From positions 5,580,001 through 5,644,000 of the forward strand of contig JBHGNT010000012.1 in the NCBI GenBank assembly GCA_043228905.1: a DNA stretch of 64,000 nt. The letters run 5' to 3'. A program made the translations under genes and the position numbers. Below, one piece after another: positions 1-12,200 of this stretch (position 1 is the first letter of the stretch; every line of letters begins with the position of its first letter). This stretch comes from Azolla caroliniana. Its lineage: Eukaryota > Plantae > Polypodiophyta. The notes below the pieces were generated by a model. That model searched no databases and had not been told where the DNA came from. It was given only the letters and a program-made list of their open reading frames with translations.

Positions 1-81
1 CAACTAACATATTTATATCCTCCGCATATAATGGTGCTATGCCCTTGGGTTGTGTCGCCATTTCGTCTGTTGGTACGCGGA

Positions 82-1860
82 TGTTACGGGCATGACCATA
101 TAATATCCCATGGTGAGAATTTACCGTAGTATTCTATACACGTGGATAAGTGTGAGGGTTAAACGAGAGTGTAAAGAAGGGGAGGATTACTTTTAATCCT
201 CGGGATTGAGACAACCCATTAGGCCAAGTGTGAACTTGCCTGGGGGCCTTGGGTATCGCTATAAATAAGAGGCCTAACTACCCTCATTTCATCATCTTAT
301 TGACTACGTCGAGACTCTGTCTTGTGGTGGGTCAACTCTTGTAGCGAGCGCGCCAGCACCAGGTACGACTCGACGCCATGATAGTGGTATGGGACGTTGA
401 TCGAGGCTCGAGTCCGTCTCGATCCCTTTGCTCGAGGGTGGTCGGGTGAATCGACACCCTTCTTTCTCTCTCTCCTTTCTTTCTATCTACCTAGATCTAT
501 CCTTATCTAATGCTTACTTTAGTACATGTCTCTAATATTTGGTATCTGAGCCTATGTACTAATGTTTCTTTTGTTGGTCTGATCTTCTCGATGGATGGCG
601 ATCGATCGTTGTGCGGTTGGCCTTCATGCAGACAAGGATCAACAAGGAACTTTGGTAATCTTTCTTGTTATTTTTTGTCTATTTTTTCTTCTCCCATCTA
701 ATCATGTGTATGGTTAATATGTAGATTATTTTCATTAATTAAATGATGTTGTAGTGGTATTTAATTGGTTATCTAAAACGCTTACATATGTGCACGAGGT
801 CAATACCTCGTTTGACAAATAAATAATATGTGATGAGTGTCGTATGCGTACGAGGTTAATACCTCAATTACGTATTACGTTCACGAACATATGTTACGTT
901 TGCGTATGAGGTCAACACCTCGATTTTGTTGTAAATGATATGCGTTTGGTCTCGTATGCGTAAGAGGTCAATACCTCAATTGCGTATTACGTCGAACCCT
1001 TATTTTTGGATGTCTCGTGTGCGTAGAGGTATATGCCTCGATTACGTCATTTTTGGCTATTAAATATAACGATTTCTTTAATATAGGCATATGTGGTCAC
1101 ATGTATACGTAGTTGATCGTATATATGTGATAATATACATATGTGTATATAAGTTATTACGTGATTTTAAATCAAATCTTTTCCTTTTCAGGGAAAGGTT
1201 CTTGGTGGCCGTCCTCACATTTTTGTGAGAATCGTGTTGTCACCATCCCTTTTTTCAACAATTTTTTATTGTTGAAATCCCCGTTGGCGACTTTGATATT
1301 TCATTACGTAAAGAAACGCCAATAGCCATAATGATGTTGAGTACGTAGGGTTTGACCCACTTCATGTGAGGTCACTCTTATGACACACGTATCCAACATC
1401 CCTCCCTCATTACATGCATAGGATGCCACCATGAGATCATTCTTACGAGAGGCATTCGTAATGACGTGACTATGTGATGGGCCACGTGGGCCTACTACGA
1501 AAAGAGGGCTCATTTGGCTTGACCATTAGGTTGCACTTTGGCGTATGCCATCGTAATTACGAGACTTGAGGTTAGGTAACGTACCAACATAGTTGTAGTA
1601 AATGAGGGCGAAATAAGGACTCTTGATGTATATATGTTTCTTTTAAAAAAACATATATGTGCAAATGTGTCGCATATCTCTTATAAGCATGAAACATTAA
1701 ACATTCAAGAAGAGCAACTTGGTTGGCTCAAATGTTTAATGCATTTGTTCTCGAGGTCTCGAGTTCAAATATGACCAAGACCATACAACATTGTTGATAC
1801 ATATGATTATAACACATGTTTAGACTTGAGGTCTAAGTGCAGTTCAGGGTCCTCGTAATA
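82..1860 (+). repeat. 5' LTR of element A (3' end tentative)
   Basis: 82-274 matches 6589-6781. TATAAATA at 260. The end at CCTCGTAATA (1860) is chosen only as an imperfect inverse of TGTTACGGG, since the 3' copy is truncated. Confidence 0.5.
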
Positions 1861-2218
1861 GGACTTAAAGAGCCGAAACCACATATGCGGGCACCGAAAC
1901 ATAGTTTATTGTTAATATTTTTTTCGTGTATAAACTATTCATGACGCGAACATACATGGTTGAGCCTCGGGGAGCCGCCATGAAAAAATCGATATAGAGT
2001 TCAGGGAAAGACATTAAATTGTCACCCCCATGGTTTTTAAAACACCTTTGTGTTACCATAGTAACCTGATCTTGAACCTCATCTCATACGTCTAGAGGGG
2101 TATTGACGTGAGATCATGATATCGATTAATGTTTGCCCATGATATGTTTACATCACGACATGATGTTATGACTATCTCTCTGACCTTATCCTATTTCTTT
2201 TCCAGAAATAATCATTTA

Positions 2219-5200
2219 ATGGCTCAAAATAACGACCCGATGTCATCCGCTCAAGCGGAAGGAACTCAAGGGAATCCTCCTGGACAAATGTCCATTGAGA
2301 TGTATTTTTCGCAAATAACCCAATACCTTAGTTTCACTGCTCAACAGATGACCGAACTTCGGGAGGCACGTGTCATTAGTTTACAACGTGAGACTAATAG
2401 ACCTAATGAGTGACAAGGTGAACCATCGTTTGTTGTTAAGCCATTTACGGGAGACAAAAAGGAAAGAACCGAAGAAGCAATCTGCACGTGGTTGGGCCGA
2501 TGGGAGTCTCATTTTGAGCTCTATCCCACGCCAGATAGTACGAAGATTGCATATGTCGGCCGAGAACTAGGGGGTAAGGCCGCCGCCTAGTGGCGTGGGC
2601 TCCGTACTTTGGGGAAATTGCCTGAAACCTGGATAGATTTTGTCACAGTTTTTAAGGGCCAATTTCTGCAACCTCCCTCTCGAACCGAGGTAGCACAAGC
2701 TTTAATGAACCTCTCTAGCAGGAAGTTTTCCTCAGTAGAAGACTATGTCCACCATGTTAGAACCCAAATCCAAAAATCGGGTCTAGAAGGGGACAATTGG
2801 TTAATAGCTTGTTTTGTCAATGGCATCCCCAATTCAGACTATCACTGGATACTGCACGAGAAGGATCCAAAATCCTTCGAAGAGGCCATTGAAATAGTTC
2901 TTTGCTATCAACGCACTTTGAAGAAGGACCACAATAAACCCAACGAAGCGCCCAGGACTAAGCAGTAGCAGTTCGTTGGGAAACGCCAGACACCCAACAA
3001 ATTCATGGACAAAATCCTTTTTGCGTATTCTGCAAAAAGAAGGGTCATACAAAAGAGCAGTGTCGAAAGCTCCAACGAAAAGAGCACGACAACAAAGCTA
3101 AAGCTGCAGACCATAAAGGTAAGATTCCTAATGTCCTTCAGGTCTATACACATCATTTAAGTAATTGTCAATGTTCTTTCCCTCACTATGTATTGGGTCC
3201 CAATGATTTACTAGGTGCAAACGAGTATATCAATGGATCTCCTGTACAATTTTTATTTGATTCGGGAAGCTCACACAACTTTGTGAATGATCGTTTGGTT
3301 CAGATATGGGGAATCCAACCCACAGTAAGTGATCACACCTACACGGTGCACTTGGCTGATGGAAGAGTACAATACATCAACGGGGCGATTCATTCATTAG
3401 GAATATCTATTGACACTTATATAGAGGAAGTAGACTTCCATGTAATGAATCTTTGTACCACCGATGTAATACTGGGTTATCCCTGGTTTTATAATAAAAA
3501 CTCTTCTTTATCTATTGATTGGGTTCATCATTTAATTGCATTTGTAGTGAACGATTGTACTCATTTGATTCAATGTGTAAAAAAACAATCCCTCTCGATT
3601 GTTTCCTCGTGTCCATCAATATCCGAGTTGTCTTGTTCTACTCTATTTTATTGTGTACTTGATCCGGACATTGACGTTTACAATATCGATAATGTCTAGG
3701 TTCAATTAACATATTTTGAACAACAACAACTTGATGAAATCTTAAATGATTTTCGTGATTTTTTTCCAAGTGAACTACCAGATGGTTTACCTCCTAAACG
3801 TAATATAGACCATCATATAGATATTGTACCTAGTGTTGCACCAATAAGTGTACCTCCTTATCACTTAAGTCGATCTGAAGAGGATGAGGTAGCTAAGCAA
3901 CTCAAGGATTATTTACGAATGGGTTATAGACGTTATAGTAAATCTCCATGGGGTGCACCAGTTCTCTTGGTTAAAAAGAAAGAGGGCACATGGCGTATGT
4001 GTATTAATTACCGACGCTTGAATAAAGTGACGATCAAGAATTCGTATCCATTGCCCCGGGCCGACGATCTAATTGATCGTCTCCAGGGAGCTCGGTATTT
4101 TACGAAACTTGATCTCCGTACTGGCTACCATCAAATTCGTATAAGTGAGGACGATGTTCCTAAAACGGCATTTCGTACACGCTATGGCCATTATGAGTGT
4201 CTGGTTATGCCTTTTGGTTTGACCAATGCTCTAGTTACATTTCAACAAGAAATGAATGACATTTTCCGAGAACAACTTAGAAAATTTGTCGTTATTTTCT
4301 TGGATGATATTTTAGTTTATAGCCGTACATTACAAGAACATGCTAAACATGTCCGCTTTGTTTTACAAACATTGCGTGACAAACAGTTTTACGCGAAGAT
4401 CTCAAAAATGTGAGTTCTTCAAGAAATCAATTACTTATCTTGGACATCTCATAACCGAACGAGGAGTTGAAATTGATCCTTCTCTCATCGAGAAAATCAA
4501 GCTTTGGCCCACTCTTCAGAATATTCGAGAAGTTCAATCATTCCTTGGTTTTGTCAGGTTTTTGTGAAAATCCCTTCGTAATTATTCCCAATTGACGACG
4601 CCGTTTACTGATCTTCTAAAAGGTCAAACGTGTAAGTCTACAAAACCTATTGTGTGGAATGCTACACTAGACCTTGCTTTAAAGGAACTCAAGGACTTGG
4701 TATGCAAGGCTCCTTCACTTCTTTTACCCGATCCTTCAAAACCTTTTGAGGTTGAAACCGATGCAAATGATTATGCTATAGGTGTTGTCTTATATCAAGA
4801 TGGTAAACCAATAAAATTCGAGAGTAAGAAACTTGATTCTGCTCAATGTCGGTATACCGTTCAAGAAAAGGAATTATTTGCAGTTATACATGCACTCAAA
4901 ACATGGCGCCATTATCTTTATGGAAATCGCTTTGTGGTAACTACGGACCACAAGTCCTTGAAATATTTTTGTTCAACCAACAAGACCTAAAAGGTCATAA
5001 GGCACGATGGGATGATATCATCCAGGACTTCGATTTTTCCATACGATATCGTAAAGGTTCCATGAACACTGTCGTTGATGCACTAAGTCGCATACGTGAA
5101 GTTAACACGCTTAGCTTCACTGAAATATCATCAGATCTTTATGATCACCTTCAAGGAAAGTATCCTGATGATAGTTATTTTGCAAAATACTGGGCAAGAG

Positions 5201-6602
5201 TTGAGTCTGGAACAGACACCACCACATGCTCGAAGGAATACTTCCACATTGCTAACGGTCTGCTCTACCGTAATGGGAAGGTTTGTGTTCCAGGTTTACC
5301 CGAGGTCAAAAAGAGGATTCTTTTTGAATGCCATGATGCACCCTCAGCAGGGCACCCTGGAATACATTGTACACTTGTTCTCATCTCCACTCAATTTTAT
5401 TGGCCTAAGATGCGTCCTAACATACATAGCTATGTGACTAAATGTCACCAATGTTAGGTTAACAAAGTCGAGCGACTTAAAGCCGCAGGACTTTTACATC
5501 CCTTGGACATTCCCAATAATAAGTGGGAAAGTATATCGATGGATTTTATTGTTAGCCTTCCACGCACCCAAAAAGGCCATGATGCCATCTGGGTTGTGGT
5601 TGATCGACTAACTAAAATGGCCAGATTTATTGCTGCTAAAACCACGGTAACAGCTCCTGAATTGGCTTACCAATTCGTTGACAAGGTATTTCGTTTTTAT
5701 GGGTTACCAATGGATATCGTGAGTGATCGAGATCCAAAATTTACTAGTGACTTCTAGACGCAAGTCTTTAAGAAGTTAGAAACTACGTTGAGCATGAGCT
5801 CCATGGAGCATCCTCAATCCGATGGACAGACAGAATGAGTAAATCAAATTATTGAGGACATGCTTCGAGCATATGTTGGTGCAAAACCAACAAAATGGGA
5901 ACGTTATCTCCCAAATTTGGAGTTTGCTTATAATAGCTCCAAGCATACGTCGACGGGATATGTCCTTTTATGTTGATGTATGGTTTTCAGCCACGAGCCC
6001 CGATTGATGTTAATATACATCATGATGAGTTGCGAAGTACGCAAAATTTTCTTCTGGATATGCAAGATATGTTGCATATTGCACGAGATAATATAAAAAC
6101 AGCTCAAGATAGAGCGCGTTTTTATGCCGATCATAATAGGCAACCTCGTGTATTCAACCTTGGACAAAATGTATTTTTACGTGTACCTCACAATTCTAAG
6201 ACATTGTCTACGGGTAAGTGCGCTAAGTTAGCCCCATGGTTTTGTGGACCATTTACAATCCTCAAACGCATTGGGTCATCAACCTATCGTCTCGCTCTTC
6301 ATCCAGTTTTTCATGTGAGTCGTCTAAAAGAACTTCTAGGTTCTGGTGGCAATACAGTTACAACCGAAACTCTGGTTACTTCTGAAGATGTATCTTCTAA
6401 ACCACATGTACCAGAAAGAATTCTCGATGTTAAAACAAAAAAATTACGTACTAAAGAAATCCGAGAATTTAAAATAAAATGGATGGATAAATCAATAAAA
6501 GGTGTCACATGGGAACGCAAAAATACTCTTAGAACTAACTTCCCTAACTTTCCATTGCAAGAGTGCAATGTTTTAAAGAGGGGGAGTATGTTACGGGCAT
6601 GA
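2219..6602 (+). pseudogene. gag-pol of element A, broken by stops and frameshifts
   Basis: Gag (WIDFVTVFKGQFL), protease [21 protein letters not shown], RNase H VETDANDYAIG, integrase HDAP..GHPG..CHQC and SISMDFIV, chromodomain PERILDVKTKKLRTKEIREFKIKW..VTWE. Confidence 0.95.
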
Positions 6603-8671
6603 CCATATAATATCCCGTGGTGAGAATTTACCGTAGTATTCTATACACGTGGATAAGTGTGAGGGTTAAACGAGAGTGTAAAGAAGGGGAGGATTACTTT
6701 TAATTCTCGGGATTGAGACAACCCATTAGGCCAAGTGTGAGCTTGCTTGGGGGCCTTGGGTATTGCTATAAATAAGAGGCCGTGTAATATCAACTTAATA
6801 GCCGGGTTGTGGTGATCCACTACTGTCGGTTTGTCGCTAATGTTCGTAAAATTTGCGACGACGCTTACCCCAGGTCTGCCCGTCACCCGCTCTTCCATGG
6901 CCTAGTGGAATCGTGGGACTAGTTGCAACAACTTCTCTATGGTTAACGTTATCTCTCAGCCTGTCAGTGCTTGCCATATGGGGTTCGGGGATGGTCCCTC
7001 GTTCTCCAATAGCTCCATCGTGTTTGCGGACTCCTTCCGCATGCGGTCCGTATTTGTCGCGTTTGCTTTTTCAACCCATGCCTGGGCTGTCCGCCATATC
7101 TCATCTTGCGCGACCCAATCAACAGTTTTTGTTTGCTGACGTGTCCTGACTTGCTGTACTTCCATCGTAATCGTATTGACGGAGGGCCCCTTGCCCTTGC
7201 GTACTGGGCATTGTGTGGCATAATGTTCGGGCTGTTGACAAACAAAACAATGGATGCTAGATTCGCCCTTCTCGGCCCCTGGTGGTGTGTGCTGATCCCC
7301 AGGTGTGACTTGCTCCTCCCGGTCCTGATTCATTCGTCGAAGCGTACGTGGTGGTTGTTGTTGGTCCCGACGTGGTTCCTGGTGCCGGTCATCGTCCGAA
7401 CTTTCTTCATACTGCCGTTGGTCTTGATATTGCCGATGCTTTCCACGAGGTCGATTGAAGCCGCCACGTTTGTTTGTCGGATGGTAATTCTCATAGCGTC
7501 GGCCCCCTTTAGTATTTCTAGGGTGGTCACGGTAGTCTTCATCCTTCGGCTCGTCTTCCTCGGAATCGTTGTGATTCCGGTGATTCCGGTAGTGCTGGTC
7601 ATCGTGTAGATTGCGATCCATATACCGTGGTCGGTCTTCTTGCCGCCATTGTTCATTACGGCGTGGGGGATGTTGTGTTCCACGCTGCGTACTATGGGCG
7701 TGGCTCTGTTCAACATATTGTACTCGCAATGCTCAACTATGTGAGCTTCCGAGTGATAGATTGGATAGTGGATTCGCACGTTGCATTCAACTGCGAAATG
7801 CCCCAAATTCAAGCAAATCATGCACTGGATTGCTTGACGAAAATGTTGTTCCTCGTCCTGAGGTAACACTTGTCATAATGAGGACATGGAAAACCTTTCC
7901 TCTTCTTCGTCCAGCTCGAGCTGTAGCGCTCTTTCTATAACCATATCAGTCATTTCCCCTTTCACGCTATTGTTGTTGAGCGTTGTCCGTATGGGTCGGC
8001 GTAATGCTGCCAGAAATGTCTCCCTAGCTTCGTCCTCCGTCGGGTCCCGTTCTAATTTCTGCCGTAGATTTTGGAAATGTAAGCTGAAATCCGTGACTGT
8101 CTCGGTCGACAACTGCCTAATTGTGTAGAACTCTCCGATGAAAAAACCGCAGAAAGGCTGACTGCAGCTAGTCAAAGGTCGTCATTGCTAGTAGATCCAT
8201 TTGTGAATGCCAAAACGTTGCTCTCTCATCCAAGGTTAATCCGAACTCCATCATTTTGGACTGGTGCGCTACTGCCTCGGAAAGGCTCTACGCCATGAGG
8301 TTTGCATTCCAGACATAGAGGAACAGGCGGATGTGGGTTGCGGCGTCGGTTTCGCCGTTGAAGCGGGGATAGGCAAAGGCCATGCTGGGTGCTATGACGG
8401 GCAGGGAAACACCACAGTGCTTTTGTGGTGAGCGTGCTTCCCGCGTATTGCCGAGGTATTTGGAGAGCAAGAAATCTTCTTTGTGGTCCCGACAGGTAGT
8501 ACTGAGGTCACTTAGGTGAGGCTTTTGCCGTGTGCGTTCCTCTGCCTGGCGTGTGATGGACCTTGTGATTGGCCGGTCTTGTCGTGTTGGTTCTTTGGGG
8601 CGTTTTCGGCTAAACATCCATTCGTCGTTGTTCGTCTGTGAGAAGACACAGATCACCAAGCGTGCCAAAAG

Positions 8672-9120
8672 TGTTATCGATTAGGAACACGGTCTATGGT
8701 CAGTCCTTCGACCTAGACCTCAAAGTGACTGTGTGACAACGAATGGTAGCGTCTGTGTGTAATACTTAGTGGGATACCTCCCGTAACCTAGCAGCATATA
8801 AGGGAGACGGCTACAACCGAGCTCCTTAGACAATGGGCTAGCGCACACACTGTTACTCACGCCTACGCTCTTAAGGATTACAGACACACAGTAGATTAAC
8901 CACAGTTACGCACAGATATAAGAGAAGATAGAACTCTATTAACATACGCCTTTTACATTCAAAATTACACGCTACCTCTATCAGAGGTTTTCTGCCCTTT
9001 ATATACGCAGGGTCTTTTAGCCATTCACGCTTCCCACGTGAACGGTTACATGTATTACAATATTATTCTATTCCATATTACAACGCTCTTGTCCGTCAGT
9101 TACTATTCTGGCGGACAACA
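8672..9120 (-). repeat. 5' LTR of element B
   Basis: TG..CA termini, adjacent PBS, and a sharp change to element C gag at 9121. Confidence 0.8.
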
Positions 9121-9253
9121 TTCACCGAAAGGTAGAGCAAAGAGAGCTAGTCAGCCAGTTCTATACGCTAATGAGACAATCTCGTGATCCGTTTCCAAAC
9201 ATTGCACATCGAACTGACAAGGGCACCCCTAGAAGACGAGGCAAAAGCAGTCT

Positions 9254-12200
9254 TGTAAAAGAATACGTGTGCGGAAGTGTGTGCGTAATCACAGAGTACA
9301 TAGTTCAGAAATAAGACAGTTTGGTAAACGCAGGAAACACAGAGATGGAGAGATAGAGAGAGAGCAGACAACTCAATTCTATTTCAAAAATAATGACGCT
9401 TTGTACATAGGATGTGCTCAATGAGCAAATTTATACAAGTCCATACGGACTTACTGAAGTACGGACATGTACTTCAATGCTCATAAATGAGCTCTACATG
9501 AACTCCCAAAATATATTCCTACGCGGAATATCTTTCCAACAGCCTCGCGATTTACGCACCGCTATGGCCTATTGTGCGCACGGTTTTACGCACCCGATTA
9601 CGCACTGAATGTTGAGCTTATCTCTCAACACTCCCCCTCAAGCTCAACTTGAGGTTCCGTCCGCTCCTCCGAATCTACGCTCCAGTTCCTTCTGGCTTCA
9701 CGCCTCACTCGCGCTCCTCAACCCGTTCGATTCCGTGCGCCTCGACTCTTCTGGTCGGCTTGTCTGCTCATCTAGCCCTTCTCAGCTCCTTTGTTGTTGC
9801 GGTGTCAGCGCATCCTTCGCTTGCCTTTTCTCCGCATGGCCTTCAGTTGATTCGGTGTATTCGAATTGAACACTTCCGAATTGGTTGTCTCCAATTCGTC
9901 TCCTGTTTTTAGGCCTTTGACTACATCAGACCACGTCTTGGTCTTGGCCTTTACGCCCTTCTTGGCTGTATCTCCCCCTAATTTTGCTATCCTCGACTCT
10001 TCCCTACGGTTACGGCCCTTGCTCTTTTCTTCGACTTCTTTAGCCGGCCCGAAATTGAATTCATCACGGTCACTTCCGCCGCGATGACCACCTCCGCTCC
10101 TTTCACGCTCTTGTTCCTGTTCTTCCTTTCTCCCCCTCAAGTTTGGCGTGTCGAGGTGACGCAAACCTAGCTCAGCTGACATAACTTGTCGAGACCAAGA
10201 GGCTTGGTGAAGATGTCGGCAACCTGCCGATCTGTCGGAACATACACTAGTTCGACTGCACCTGAAAGGACTTGCTCTCAGACAAAATGGTAATGCACCT
10301 CAATGTGCTTGGTTCGGCGTGGAACACGGGGTTTTTCGCAAGGTGGATATTGCTAAGGTTGTCACAAAAGATTGTCGTTGGATCAGACACCTCTACATGC
10401 AGATCCCGTAATAGCCGTGTTAGCCAAATGACTTCGCACGTAGCAACAGTCGCCCCTCGATACTCGGCCTCCGTGCTCGACAATGCTACTGTCGACTGCT
10501 TCTTACTGCTCCACGCAATCGCCGCACTTCCTAGAGAGAATGTGTATCCGGATGTGGATCTACGGTCGTGGGTGTTTCCGGTCCAATCAGCATCCGTGTA
10601 GCCGACTAACTGTTTGGCTACACCGGCTCGATATAGCAATGCCATGTCTTTCGTGCCGCTTACATATCGCAATATCCTTTGCGCGCACTAAAGGTGTTCA
10701 GCCATAGGCTGCGACATGAATTGACTGATTAAGCCGATCGGGTAGCTAAGATAGATGAGTAATCGTCAAATAGATGAGGCTTCCGACAATTTGTCAAAAC
10801 CGTGTCGGGTCGCGTGCCTTTCTCGAATCTCAGCGAAGCTTTACGTTTCTGTCCAGAGAGATGGGCTTACAATTTGCCATCTCGAACTTGAAGAGCATAT
10901 TCAACGCCTAATGACATTGGCTGATCAATATGCCTTTGGGGTTACGGATCACTTCGATCCCGAGGAAGTAATGAAGGTCTTTGAGATCTTTCATTTCCAA
11001 TGATGCCACAAGTTGAGACTTTACACGGCAGATTTCGTTCAGGTCGGCACCGGCGATGACTAAATCATCAACATACAATAGAAGACTTACCGGGCCATGT
11101 TGACCTTGCCGAACAAATAATGAAGAGTTAGACTTCCACGTCGGAAACCCCATCTTACGCAACCGTTGCGTAATCTTTGCGTTCCATGCTCACGGGCTTG
11201 CTTGAGTCTGTAAAGTGACTTCTTCACTCGGCAAACTGCCGAAGTGTTCTGTTCGGATAGAAATCCGGGGGGTTGTACCATGTACACCTGTTCCTCAAGA
11301 TCACCTTGCAGGAACACATTCTTTACATCCATATGATGTAATGCCACCCCTTTGCCGCAACTACGGCTAGCAGAACTCGCATGGTAGTCATCTTCACGAC
11401 AGGCGCGAAAGTCTCGTCGTAATCTACGTTGTGCTTTTGCACATAGCCTTTTGCAACTAATCGGGCCTTGTATCGATTGACTGAGCCGTCGGTATTGTAT
11501 TTCACTTTATACACCCACCTGCATCCGATCTGCTTAACATCCTTCGGTGTGTCAACCAGATCACAAATCTCATTGACCGTTAAAGCGTGCATCTCGTCCT
11601 CCATCGCGGCACACCAATTTGCGTCTTTCGCCGCTTCTACGTAGCTCTCCGACTCATGCACTTCTTCCACTCGCGTCATGTACGCGTAATGATGTGCCAT
11701 GTACTCATTATACCCGTATCTTTTTACGGGGTTCTTCTGGTAGGTAGATCGGCATAATTCGTGATTACACGATTTCACTGCCTTTCCGACTAATTCTGAC
11801 CTCTTCTGCGGAGGTTCCTTTACGATCGGCTCGATGTCAGATTTGCTCCGAACTGGCTTGGTGCTGCCGAAGTTGTATTCCGACATTTTCTTCTTGCCCT
11901 TCTCCTTGCGCGTAAACCATCTCCTCGGTTCTTTACGCGGGGCCATCACGGTCGAGTCTCCACTACTTGCCATCTCTTCAATAGGTTGATCATTTCAGCT
12001 CAACCCTTGATTCGGCTCACTTAGCCGAAATGAGATCGGACTCTCTCTCAGAGCTCTGATTTCCTCTTCATGCAGAGGCATCTCAGCCTCGCTGACTTCT
12101 TCCTCATAATTCGGAGTCGTGAGGTATTGTAGGTGAAGGTAGGTACCACGAAGCGGATTCGTCGAACACGACATCTCGACTTACGTGTACTTCCTTTGTT

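Larger units (their letters stand above)
82..6781 (+). mobile_element. Element A: degenerate Ty3/gypsy chromovirus with truncated 3' LTR, inserted in element B
   Basis: LTR start TGTTACGGGCATGACC at 82 recurs at 6589 after the PPT AAAGAGGGGGAGTA (6575-6588). The LTR match stops at 6781. Internal order is gag-PR-RT-RH-INT-chromodomain. Confidence 0.93.
1..9120 (-). mobile_element. Element B: Athila-like non-chromovirus Ty3, 5' portion, split by A and continuing left of the window
   Basis: 5' LTR 8672-9120 (TGTTGTC..CGATAACA on minus). PBS TGGCACGCTTGGTG at 8654-8667 resembles tRNA-Arg. Gag with CCHC knuckles at 6782-8400. 1-81 on minus encodes RVPT..IAPLYAEDINML, matching the post-protease linker of element C (RVPT..LTPLYGESINML). 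Confidence 0.85.

Noticed and set aside
785-1050. CRISPR-like repeat-spacer appearance
   Set aside because: The context is a eukaryotic LTR, the repeats are short and degenerate, spacers are partly related to each other, and no cas genes are present.
6956-7940. Many overlapping ORFs on both strands
   Set aside because: They are frameshifted gag of element B and its antisense shadows.
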